Positions 51,982-64,000 of a stretch of DNA of 64,000 nucleotides are shown here, in pieces; position 1 is the first letter of the stretch, and every line of letters starts with the position of its first letter. Below the pieces are notes generated by a model that was given only the letters and a program-made list of their open reading frames with translations, was not told the origin of the DNA and made no database searches. The position numbers were made by a program, and so were the translations under genes. The stretch comes from Malacoraja senta (lineage: Eukaryota), in NCBI GenBank assembly GCA_038087875.1, contig CM075991.1:4278001-4342000 (forward strand), in the 5' to 3' direction.

Positions 51982-52290
51982 TGGCACGGTGGCACAGCGG
52001 TAGAGTTGCTGCCTTACAGCGCCAGAGACCTTGGTTCAATCCTGACTATGGATGCTGCCCGTACGGAGTTCGTACGTTCTCCCCGTGACCACGTGGGATT
52101 TTCACGGGTGCTCCGGTTTCCTCCCACACCCCAAAGACATACAGGTTCGTAGGTTAATTGGCTTCGGTAAAGATTGTAAATTGTCCCTGGCATGTAGGAT
52201 AGTGCTAGTGTATGGGGATCGCTGGTCGTCACAGACTCGGTGGGCTGAAGGGCCTGATTCCATGCTGTACCTCCAAACTAAACTAAACTA
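51982..52290 (+). mobile_element. HE1-type V-SINE, near consensus
   Basis: Full head, core and tail. Confidence 0.85.
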
Positions 52291-54519
52291 GAGTTTAGAG
52301 TTCAGAATTAATGGGTTTTTATTCATTTCAGTCAAAACCTTTATTGATCCATTCTCTGCAAGGTCTGACCTTGTAGCAAACAGGGCTGTATTCACAAGCC
52401 GTGATCAAATAAACTTAGATGGCAAGGAATTCCTGGCTCACGCATCCTTTGACACCGGCAACAGAATGCATTTGATGAATGACTTCATCAAACCAATGGT
52501 GAATGAAACTCAGACCCCTGGTGGAGATTGTGGTCTCCATGAGAGGGCTGCTGCCAAAGGTTTCTTCACATTCCAGAGGGATCTAAGGTAAATGCACTGA
52601 ATAAGCCGGGAAAAAATAATAGGCTCTTGGAGAGGTTTCAGATCATTAAGGAGGTCTGACATGGATTTGCAAAGACAAATGCCGTTGACTTGGTTAATTG
52701 ATTTTTTTGGATATAATCACAGGCAAGGATTTGTGAAGGGGATGTCGTGGGTGGCATCCATATGAATGTTTTTGACTATGTCCAGCCGCAAAGAAACTTG
52801 AGTCTTGTGACTGCGGGCCTAGATGAAAACAGGCCCTGTGGTTTGAAATCAGTGAATCGAGGTATAGAAACATAGAAAATTAGGTGCAGGAGTAGGCCAT
52901 TCAGCCCTTCGAGCCAGCACCGCCATCCAATATGATCATGGCTGATCATCTAAAATCAGTGCCCCGTTCCTGCTTTTTCCCCATATTCCTCAATTCCTTC
53001 AGCCCTAAGAGCTAAATCTAACTCTCTCTTGAAAACATCCAGTGAATTGGCCTCCATTGCCTTGTGTGGCAGAAAATTCCACAGATTCACAACTCTCTGG
53101 GTGAAAAAAAGAGTTCCTCATCTCAGTCCTAACAGTGTATAACATTATGAGAGATACGGTAGACAGTCAGTCATAATATTTTCCCAGCTAAGAATGTCAA
53201 AGATTAGAGGACATAATTTTAAGGCGAGAGGGGAATGTTTAAAGAAGATATGCGGGGCAAGTTTTTTACACAGAGGGTGGTGGGTGTGGAATGTACTGCC
53301 AGGGGTGGGGGTGGAGAGAGATATGATCGCAGCATTTAGGAGGCTTTTAATTCGGCGCATGGATATGCTGGGATTGGAGGGATATGGATCAGGTTAAGGT
53401 GGATGAGATTAGTTTATCTTGGCGTCATGTTCAGCACAGACATTGTGGGACAAAGGGCCTCTTTCTATGTGGTGCATTTCCAGGTTAAAATAATGCCTAG
53501 AAATTGAGATCATTTAGCATGATCTGATTTATAGGCTGTTCAAAGAAGCCTATAAAGCACTGAATCTGCCGAGGCTGATCACCTGACTCAGGAGCTGTGT
53601 TGGTGGATTGGAGAGCTGCCAATGTCGTACATCATTTCACACTAAAACACATAATTACTGCAAAGTTTAACTCCAGTGGTGAATAAAGTATTGGAATCCA
53701 TTTTTAACGGCAGCATAAACAAATTGGAAAGCTGCACATTAACACTGCAGGCAGTCAGAGTGGATTTGTTATGGGATGATTGATTCCAACTAATATAACT
53801 GAAAGTTCTGCAGAAGCGAGAAAGAGGATCAATAAGGGCAGCCTGTATGATGTAATCTACATAGGGTTTTTGAAAAAGTTCATGACCTGATATTTCAGGG
53901 CAGAACGTACAAACTCCATACAGACAGCACCCGTGGTCAGGATCGAACCCAGGTCTCTGGCGCTGGAAGGCAGCAAACCTACCGCTTTCCACTGACTGGA
54001 TAGCAGGCAACAAAAGTTTTTCACTGTACCTCAGTACACTTGACAATTGTAACTCATCCGAGGTCAGGATCAAACTTGGCGATGTAAGGCAACAGCTCTA
54101 CCGCTGCACCATCAGAATCAGAATCAGAACCAATTTATTGGCCAAGTATGTACACCTACAAGCGATTTGACTTGGTGCCTTGCTCGCACATGGCAAAAAC
54201 ACTATACTAAGCACACAATAAAAACAATTATAAATTAAAAATGTAAAAATAAAGTGCAAGAGTGAAAAGTGGCAGCGTGGCTATATATTGTGCATGCAGA
54301 TATCTAAAGTGCACTTGGAGAATTCATAAGTGTTTGGCTTACAGACCAGAATGTAGTGGGGTAGTGCAGCTGTTGAGTAGAGAATTTGGATGTGAACGTG
54401 CTTCCCTTGCCATTTATTCCCTTTGTAAATACAGAACTTATTACTAAATCTATTTCCGCTGCCCTTAGAGGGATCATTATACATTATCTCCAACGTATTT
54501 CCCCGAGAGCATTTTCCTA

Positions 54520-54742
54520 ATTGTTTTAAACCTGTGCCTTCAGGTTTTCCTTTATCATCGTAACTTTTTTGCGTATATTTCATTCATTGTTCTTTATCTC
54601 TCTACATCACCGTCTATATCTCTCGTTTCCCTTATCCCTAACCACTCTGAAGAAGGGTCTTAACCCGAAACGTCACCCATTCCTTCTCTCCAGAGATGCT
54701 GCCTGTCCCGCTGAGTTACTCCAGCTTTTTGTGTCTACCTTC
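54520..54742 (+). mobile_element. Penelope-like pLTR/3'UTR fragment with hammerhead-like motif at 54647-54674
   Basis: Same UTR as 6385-6727, followed by CTGAAGAAGGGTCTTAACCCGAAACGTC and the family tail. Confidence 0.7.
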
Positions 54743-54761
54743 AGGTTGTGAGATCTTTGAT

Positions 54762-55127
54762 CATAGAAACATAGAAACATAGAAAATAGATGCAGGAGGA
54801 GGCCATTCGGCCCTTTGAGCCAGCACCGCCATTCATTGTGATCATGGCTGATCGTCCCCTATCAATAACCCGTGCCTGCCTTCTCCCCATATCCCTTGAC
54901 TCCACTAGCCCCTAGAGCTCTATCTAACTCTCTCTTAAATCCATCCAGTGATTTGGCCTCCACTGCCCTCTGTGGCAGGGAATTCCATAAATTCACAACT
55001 CTCTGGGTGAAAACGTTTTTTTCTCACCTCAGTCTTAAATGACCTCCCCTTTATTCTAAGACTGTGGCCCCTGGTTCTGGACTCACCCAACATTGGGAAC
55101 ATTTTTTCTGCATCTAGCTTGTCCAGT
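54762..55127 (-). mobile_element. CR1-clade LINE 3' end. Further fragments at about 8035-8370, 8535-8830, 13790-14130, 14566-14776, 17615-17900, 19420-19760, 24505-24863, 30612-31090 (NEFL intron 3), 36305-36745, 38795-39243, 52864-53470 and 59685-60208
   Basis: MFPMLGESRTRGHSLRIKG motif and the shared 3' UTR/tail. Confidence 0.85.
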
Positions 55128-56424
55128 GGGAATTCAGTGGGAATAGTCTCCGTATTCACCCATTCCAAATCCTTCCGGGTTTTCAACAGCTACATCTAAT
55201 CCGCACCTCAATTCCCCGACTTGAAACCCACTGACGATGGAACGATAAAATATTTACTTCATTAAAAAAAATGCAGCCTAAGATAACGTAACATAACTCA
55301 TTCTTCCGAGAAGGCTCCAAACAATAAACGAGAGACCAACTATTGTTACCTGCTTATAATGATAACAATTAGACGATGAATTAAACGATTGTTTAAAATG
55401 AATATTCTACTCTGAGCTCACTTTGAATGGTATAAAAGTATATTGGCTCTGCTAGTCTTATACCTATTGTTACATTATCTCCCTCGAGAATTCATCCAAC
55501 TTCCCGTTAAATGCTTCCCTGCTATTCACCTCAACCATTCCCTCTGGAATCTGTATCCATATCACGCACACACATATTCCACATCCGTACTGTCCTTGGA
55601 TAAAGAAGTAGCTCTTGCATCCCATATTAAATTTGTTAGTGATATTCGTAAATATTTATGAATCATTATTAAACATTTATTGCCCTCAGTGTTGGTCTTG
55701 ACTGCAGGAGGAGGCAGAGTCTCTACATTTATCCTTTCAAACCCATCATGATCTACAAAGCCTAAATGGAGTCACCTTCAGTTTTACTTTCCCAGTGGAA
55801 AATAAGTCTATTCAATTTTAACTTTTAGGGTTAAAGCTCTAGGTGCTGTATCATTCAAGTACTGTAATTTGTCTTTAGTGCATCCTTTTCATTATGTAAA
55901 GACCCTTTAAATTAATTCCACTGTCACCCAACCTAGATTCAATAAACATATTGCATTAATTGCCAGTGATTTCATATTTTAATGATTTGGATACTGATGC
56001 TGCAATCCTGTAAATTGCTCCCAGTGTGCAGAATGCGAAAGTGGGATAACATAGAACTAGTGCACGGGTGATGGTGGCTATTATAACACATTTTTCCAAC
56101 TGGGTTGTGGCTTCCTTAGTCTCTCCGCACCTCGCCAGCATCCATCTTGTACCCGCAGTTCTGCTTTACTGGCACTTTGTAACAAGAGTTTAGACAACTT
56201 GGATCCAGGACACTACTTTTAACAACCTGATTTTATTGCTCATCACTGCAATCCCACGAACAATGATGTCTCATTTAATTGCTTTGTTGCAAATAGATCC
56301 AGGGGGTTATCGTGGTTTTGGCAAAGAGGAATTAAAAAAAAAATTGATCACTGTGTTCACTTTATCGAAACGTGTATGACATGTCAAATACAAGGATTAA
56401 AATCCCCGACAACTGTTGGTAGAC

Positions 56425-56990
56425 CACATACACGCAAGCATGCACGCACACACACACACTTACATATATGTATACACGCATGCACATACACTTATACACA
56501 CACACATACATGCACGCACGCACATATGCATATACATGCACATGCATGCACATATACACACACACTCACACACATATACTCACACACATAACCATGCACA
56601 CGTGCACGCACACATGTACACATGCACACACGTGCATGCACACATGCATAAACATACACATGCATGCACATGTACACATACACTCACACACATACACTCA
56701 CAAACATTCGCACGTACACATGCATGCACACATGTACACACGCACGCGCACACACACATGCACATACATACACATACATGCACATGCACATGCACACATA
56801 CACACACCCACACACCCACACACACCCACATGCACACTCACAGATACACTCACACACATACGCATGCGCGTACACACATACACATGTATGCACGCACACA
56901 CATGCACGTACAAACACACACACACATAGACAGATATAAAAACGTATGGATGTTTTTATACCTGTCTATGTGTGTGTGTGTGTGTGTGTT
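56425..56990. repeat. Degenerate (CA)/(CATG)/(CACG) alternating purine-pyrimidine tract
   Basis: Seen directly. Confidence 0.95.
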
Positions 56991-57451
56991 TGTGCATTAA
57001 TGCATGCACTGAAAGATACACTCATCACTTCTGCTCACACACGGCCCTCTCGCATGCATGGACACACTCATAATTCAGGAATCTTCGTGCATAACTTTCA
57101 CAAAATGGCCAACCAATCCCAAAGCAAAACACTAGAGGTGCAGGAAACCTGAAGCAAAAAACAACCTCCTCAGTATATTCAAACCACATCCAAAATGCAA
57201 AGTGCTGGAGCAACTCAGAGGGCCAGGCAGCATCTGTGCAGCGAATGGACAGACGAGGTTTCGGGTCGGGACCCTTCCTCAGACTGAATCAAATCTTCCA
57301 AATCGGAGCCTTTCATCGGGTTTTATCACTCTCTCGGATACCCCTTTAGCCTCCTCTAATGCAAGGAAAACAGATCCAACCTATAAATTAGATACTTCAT
57401 CCCATGCAACATCCTGATGTATCTCATGTTCCAGTTCACAAGCATCTCTAG

Positions 57452-58097
57452 GCTTAGTTTAGTTTAGTTTATTATTGTACAGTGAAAAGCTTTTTTGTTG
57501 CGTGTTATCCAGTCAAAGAAAAACTATCCATGATTGCAGTCAAGCCGTCCACAGTGTACAGATACAGGATAAAGGGAATAACGTTTAGTGCAAGATAAAG
57601 TCCATTAAAGGCAGCATAAAGATAGTTCAAATGTCTCCAATGAAGTAGATGGGAGGTCAGAACTGCTCTCTAATTAGTGAAAGGACAGTTCAGTTGTCTA
57701 ATTACAGCTGGGAAGAAACTGTCCCTGAATCTGGAGGTGTGCGTTTTCACACTTCTGTACCTCTGGCCTGATGGGAGAGGGGAGAAGAGGGAGTGACCAT
57801 GGTGAGACTGGTCCTTGATTATACTGGTGGCCTTGCGTGAAGTGTAGATGGAGTCAATGGAGGGAAATTGGTCTGCTTGATAGTCTGGGTTATGCCCACA
57901 ACTCCCTACAAGTTCCTGAGGTCTTGGCTGCATCCAGATAAAATGCTTGCTAAGGCACATCTGTAGAAGTCAGTGAGAGTTGTTGGGGACATGCCAAACT
58001 TCCTAAGCCTTCTAAGGAAGTAGAGGCATTGGTGTGCTTTGTTGGTCATTGCTTCGATATGGCTAGTCCGGGACAATTGCTGGTGATATTTATTCTT
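57452..58097 (-). mobile_element. Rex1/Babar-clade LINE 3' fragment. Others at about 6015-6205, 13050-13370, 21590-22020, 45905-46020 and 62140-62450
   Basis: HHGHSLFSPLPSGQRYRSVKTHTSRFRDSFFPAVIRQLN; (aaact)n tail. Confidence 0.8.
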
Positions 58098-58546
58098 GTC
58101 TTCTGAAGTTCACCATCTACTCCCCCTTCTCATCTTGACTCTTAACTTACAATCTCTAATTAACCTTTGGGAATTATCAATCAATTTCAATCCTCCAACA
58201 CCAACAAGAACATTCTCGTAAGGGGCAAAGAACATTCTTGTTATTTTCAACCTCCACTTTTTTGGGCAGACTTTGCTGAAAAATCTAAATGGGTCAGGCG
58301 GCATATGTGGAGGGAGGAACAGAATTAACATTTAGTTTGGCAGACTCTTCATCTCGACTTTCCACAGATGCTGCCTGACCTGCTGAGTGTTTCCAGCATT
58401 TCCTGGTTTAGTCCTCCAATCCTCTAGGTGGCAGCACTGTACACAGTATGTTGGGAGTGCAAGGCTGATCTTGAAATTAAGATATTTCTTTTTTTTTCTT
58501 TCATGAAAGATTTAATCTTGGTAATGCACATAAATTGGTTTAGCAG

Positions 58547-59140
58547 TGGGCGGCACAGTTGCGCAGCACATAGAGCTGTTGCCTCACCGCACCACAGACC
58601 TGGGTTTGATCCTGACCTTGGATGCTGTCTGTGTGGAGTTTGCCCGTTCTCCTTGTTCAGAAGTCATGGGACCAGAATCAGGCCATTCGACCCACCGAGT
58701 CTACTCCGCCATTCAATCGTGGCTGATCTATCTTTCCCTCTCAACTCCATTCTCCTGCCTTGTCCCCATAACCCCTGACACCATGACTAATCAAGTGTCA
58801 ACCTCCACTTTAAAAATACCCAATGACTTAGCCTCTACAGACGTCTGTGGCAATGAATGAATTCCACAGATTCACCACCCTCTGACTAAAGAAATTATTC
58901 TTCATCTCCTTTCTAAAGGTATGTCCTTTAATTCCGAGTTTTTTTATTCCGCGACCATGTGGGTTTCCTCCGGGTGCTCCGGTTTCCTCCCACATGCCAC
59001 AGGCATGCGGGTTTGTGGTCTAAAGGGCATCCGTAAAATCGCCACTAATGTGTAGGGAAAAAAGAGAAAGTAGGATATCACCGAACCGGTGTGAACTGGT
59101 GGTCAGCATGGACTCGGTGGGCTGAAGGGCCTGTTGCCGA
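58547..59140 (+). mobile_element. HE1-type V-SINE interrupted by a CR1 3'-end fragment (about 58660-58935)
   Basis: The SINE core is split at gttctcc|...|gaccatgtggg by a reverse-oriented CR1 tail. Confidence 0.7.
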
Positions 59141-60240
59141 TCAATGATCAATGATTAAGCTCTGATCATTGCTGTGTGCAGACTTCTGCTAACGGATACA
59201 GTGTCTACTTTGTGAAGGTGTTTGAGGCTGTGAAGAAATAGCTGCAGAGGTCTCTCTGATGCTCTTTAAAATGACAACATTTGCAAGCACGCCTTTGTTC
59301 CCGAGTGTTAAAGCAACTGGTAAATGAATCACAAAGTGTGCAGGCAAAGTGTCCCTCTGCGATTTCTCACTAGCCCAGTCAGATGTTTCTTCCAATATAT
59401 GTTTGTCGCGCATTCAGCCAAGAATTTCATTTGCACAACTCTAAAAACAAAACGTGCTGTGGTGTTAAAAATTGGCTTTGTGCAGACTGCTGCAACTTTG
59501 TGCCTTTGCTGAGTGCCATTGACTCCTGGCTTTTCCATGGGATTTTACTTTAGTCTGGCATTTCCATCCACCAAACTGCTTTTACGTTTGCGTTTTCTCT
59601 GGAAGCCGTAACATTTAAAGGGGCAGCACCGGAGATGAGGTGTCCAACCTGATCTCTGTGATTGGCCCCTTTAAATACCATGCCTCACAGAGAAGGTTTA
59701 CAAGGACATTGCCAGGGCTCGAGGGTCTGAGCTGCAGGGAGATGTTGAGCAGGCGGGGACTCCATTCCCTGGGGCGCAGCAGGATGATGATTGATCTTAG
59801 AGAGGTGTATAAAATCATGAGAGGAATAGATCGGGTAGACACACAGAGTCTCGGCCCAGAGTAAAGGAATCGAGAACCAGAGGGCAAAGCTTTAAGGTGA
59901 AGGGGGAAAATGTCATAGATAGAGTCATAGAATCATACAGCGTAGAAACAGGCCTTTTGGCCCACTCTGACCAACATGCCCCATCTACACTAGTCCCACC
60001 TGCCTGCATGTGGCCTATATCCCTCTCAACCTATTCTATCCTTGTACCTGTCCAAATGTTTTTTAAACATTGTGATAATACCTACCACAACTACCTCTTC
60101 TGGTACCTTGTTCCATATTCCTACCACACTTTGTGTAAAAACGTTGCCCCTCAGTTTCCTATTAAATCTTTCCCCCCTCACCTTAAACCTATGTCCTCTG
60201 GTTCTTGATTTAATGCATGCTTGTCCTCAGTAAATACCTT

Positions 60241-60565
60241 GGACAGCGCAGTGGAGCAGCAGCAGAGTTGCTGCCCTACAGCGCCAGAGACCCGTGTTGG
60301 ATCCTGACTACGGGTGCTCTCTTTATGGAGTTTGCAAGTTCTCCCTGAGTCCGCGTGGATTTTCTCCGGGTGCTCCAGTTTCCTCCAACATTCCAAAGAG
60401 GCGCAGGTTTGTAGGTTAATTGGCTTCTGTAAATTGTCCCAAGTATGTTGGATAAAAATTAGTGTAAGGGTGAACGATGGTCGGCATGGATGCAGTGGGC
60501 CGAAGGGCCTTTTTCCACACTGTATACACTGTATTCCTAAGCTAAACTATTCTAAACTAGACTAA
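60241..60565 (+). mobile_element. HE1-type V-SINE
   Basis: Same consensus. Confidence 0.8.
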
Positions 60566-61401
60566 CCTAAATTAGTGAACCAATTGTGGGGTGGATTAAA
60601 ATGGGTAATGATGGATTTATTTTAAATCAATTGCTTTATTGTTGGCATGAAACCAGTGGGCTATGGGATGTTTTTACACCCTGTATCTCTCTATGACTTT
60701 ATAACCGTATATCCATCCCATTGCTTCATAATTACAAACATTGACATGAGGTTTAGGATTATTATTGATAAGTGTACCGATGTACAGTGAAAAGCTTTGT
60801 ATTGCATGCTATCTAATCAGATCAGATGATACAATACATCAACACAATCAAGTCAAACTCAAGTATAACAGGGAGAGCGAAGGGAACAATGTGGAGTACA
60901 GTTCTCAGCATTGTTGTGCAATTATTCCATTGACAAAGTCCAATGTCTGCAAAGGGGTGGAGTACCCTAGCTTGGGCGTACCCTTACCATGGGCGGCACG
61001 GCAGCACCAGAGACCCGGGTTCGATCCTGACTGCGGGTGCTTGTCTGTAGGGAGTTTGTACGTTCTCCTCGTGACCTGCCTGGGTTTTCTCCGAGATCTT
61101 CGGTTTCTTCCCACACTCCAAAGTCGTACAGGTTTGTAGATGAATTGGCTTGGTATAAATGTATAAAATTGTCCCTAGTGTGTGTAGGGTAGTGTTAATG
61201 TGTCTGGTCGGCGTGGACTTGGTGGGCCGAAGGGCTTGTTTCCGTGCTGTATCTCTAAACTAAACTTATGGAAAAATGGTCTGTGTTACATTTTTATTGT
61301 GTATGGTGTGTTCTTTTTTCATTGTACCGCTGCTGGCAAATTCATTTCACTGCACTTTATGTGCAAGTGACGAATAAAACTTGACTTGACTTGACATATA
61401 G

Positions 61402-62139
<738 letters not shown>

Positions 62140-62965
62140 TTAGATAAAAAAACAACAACATTAGTGCAAAGACAAAAGCAATGCCCCCAGGTCTATGTGG
62201 TTTGGAACTTATTTGGAGGTTGCAGTGTTTAATAGTCTGATGGGTGTAGGGAGGAATCTGCTTCCGAACCTGGACGTTACAGTTTTCAGGTTCCTGTACC
62301 TTTTTCCCCATGACAGGGGTGAAATGAGAGCGTGGTCAGAGTGGTGTGAGTCTCTGATGATGCTGGCTGCCTTTTAGAGGCAGCGACTCCTGTAAATCCC
62401 TGCAAGGGTGGGGAGGTCAGTACCCGTGATGGATCGGGCAGTGTTTTGATCTCACTATCCATTCTGAAGGCCGGTTTATTTTTCTGGAGCCGTAGCAATG
62501 TTGGATGTTTTGCAAAGGACGCAAATTTCCAACCTTATGAATTATGAGGTTTATTCCGTGGCCTTGGGAATGAAGGCCTCTGAGAAGGTGATTCATTATG
62601 TGTTCATCTTTATGCAGACTGGTACTTCTCCTTGATCCTCACCACATGCCCAACATCCAACCTGACTCTTAAACAGTGAGATACAATTACTTCAACATCA
62701 GCTTCTGGCAGAAGGGAAGAATTTAATGTAAATAAACCGTGCCAAGCATAATGATCTGACCAAAGTGACGTCTGGTCAGAGATGCCCTGTCAGCAAGTTG
62801 CTCAGAATAACAGGAGAAGGCCACTCAGCCCTTCAAGCCTGAACCAGCATTCAATACCAAAATGGCTGACCTTCCATCTGAGCCTCAACTCCTCTGTGCC
62901 CATTCCCGATGGTTCTCCATTCTACAATCTTTCCGAAAGTTATCGACCTCCAACTTAAACACTGC

Positions 62966-63280
62966 TTTAGACTTCAGACTTTAGAGATACAGCACTGAAA
63001 CAGGCCCTTCGGCCCATCGAGTCCACTCTGACCAGTGATCACCTCGTGCGTCAGCACTATCCCACGCACTAGGGACAAATCACAATTTTTACCGAAGCCA
63101 ATTAACCTACAAACCTGCACATCTTTGGAGTGCAGGAGGAAAACCGGAGCATCCAGAGGAAACCCACGTGGTCACAGGGAGAAGGTACAAACTCCGTGCA
63201 AACAGCACCCGTGTTGAGGATGGAACTTGGCTCTCTCTGGCGCTGTAAGGCTGCAAACTACCGCTGCGCCACTGTGCCGT
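62966..63280 (-). mobile_element. HE1-type V-SINE. Further copies or fragments at about 134-348, 1314-1540, 2716-3300, 7195-7385, 16058-16170, 20097-20320, 24928-25090, 46293-46567, 46985-47600, 53900-53990 and 60991-61265
   Basis: Same consensus. Confidence 0.8.
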
Positions 63281-63824
63281 CCTTAAATGACCAAATGACT
63301 TCCGATGACCTAACCTTCAAGGCCAAATGGGAAGAGGATTACAGATATGTAAAACCCTCAGCCAAAAGAAAATACCATACACCTCAATTTTAAATGACCA
63401 GCGTCCAGCCCTTTATCTTGTAACAAAGTAAGATGTGAATCATCGGCTAATCTAATCAGCATTCGACAAAGCAGCGATTTCATGACCTTTATCTCCCCCC
63501 TCCTTCCCCTAAATTTATACCAGTTTTATTTCTTTCAAAAGTAAACTTTGTTCATTAAAAATATATGCAAGAAATACAAAACAGATCATGGCTTTTAGAC
63601 ATTCATGGTGTCACCCAGTCAATAATTCACTGTATAGTGTGGCTAGGTCAAGACATTCGTAGAGTTAAGTGAATAAATTCTACGTACAAAGGGCCAGTGC
63701 AACTCTTGTAACCTTTGTGAACATTATAGACAATAGGTGCAGGAGTAGGCCATTCGGCCCTTCAAGATTATTGACCAAAGGGCCTAACCCTGTGACTTGA
63801 GACTTTAGACTTTCGAGGTACAAC

Positions 63825-64000
63825 TGATGTTGGTGCGGGGGGGGGGGTGGGAAAAAGAAGGAAGAGGCAGAGACAGTAGGCTTTGTGGGAGAACTGGGAA
63901 GGGGAGGGGAAGGAGGGAGAATGCAAGGGCTATCTAAAATTAGACTCGTTTCCCCCCCCCCCCACATCAGTCTGAAGAAGGGTCTTGACCGGAAATGGCC
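63825..64000. mobile_element. Penelope-like inverted junction: minus-strand ORF end/UTR joined to a plus-strand hammerhead start; runs off the window
   Basis: The minus strand has tctaattttagatag (SNFR*) plus UTR; the plus strand has cagtCTGAAGAagggtcttgacc. Confidence 0.55.

Noticed and set aside
51982..52050. tRNA genes suggested by A/B-box motifs, here and in about 20 similar sites
   Set aside because: These are SINE heads that continue into the V-domain core and LINE-derived tail

Overview
Eukaryotic, repeat-rich DNA from a cartilaginous fish, most likely a skate or ray, judged from the HE1/V-SINE, CR1 and Penelope repeats. It holds the convergent neurofilament pair. NEFL is complete on the + strand (4 exons, 27801-31588, 543 aa). 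NEFM exon 1 lies on the - strand (42155-41102) and has a 1-nt frameshift at about 41198. NEFM exons 2-3 are absent from the visible sequence and probably fall in the 200-N gap at 40688-40887. The rest is mostly retroelement debris: tRNA-derived HE1/V-SINEs, CR1 and Rex1/Babar LINE 3' ends, old Deu-SINE-like fragments and microsatellites. The most notable non-genic signal is a family of roughly 30 short, often palindromic inserts carrying a minimal hammerhead-ribozyme-like core (CTGAAGA-A-stem-GAAACGTH). They are linked in this window to Penelope-like GIY-YIG ORF remnants, are flanked by 8-16 bp direct repeats, and nest inside each other. Several unique fold-back structures and candidate enhancers are also present. 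All family assignments come from pattern recognition and recalled consensus sequences, not from database searches.
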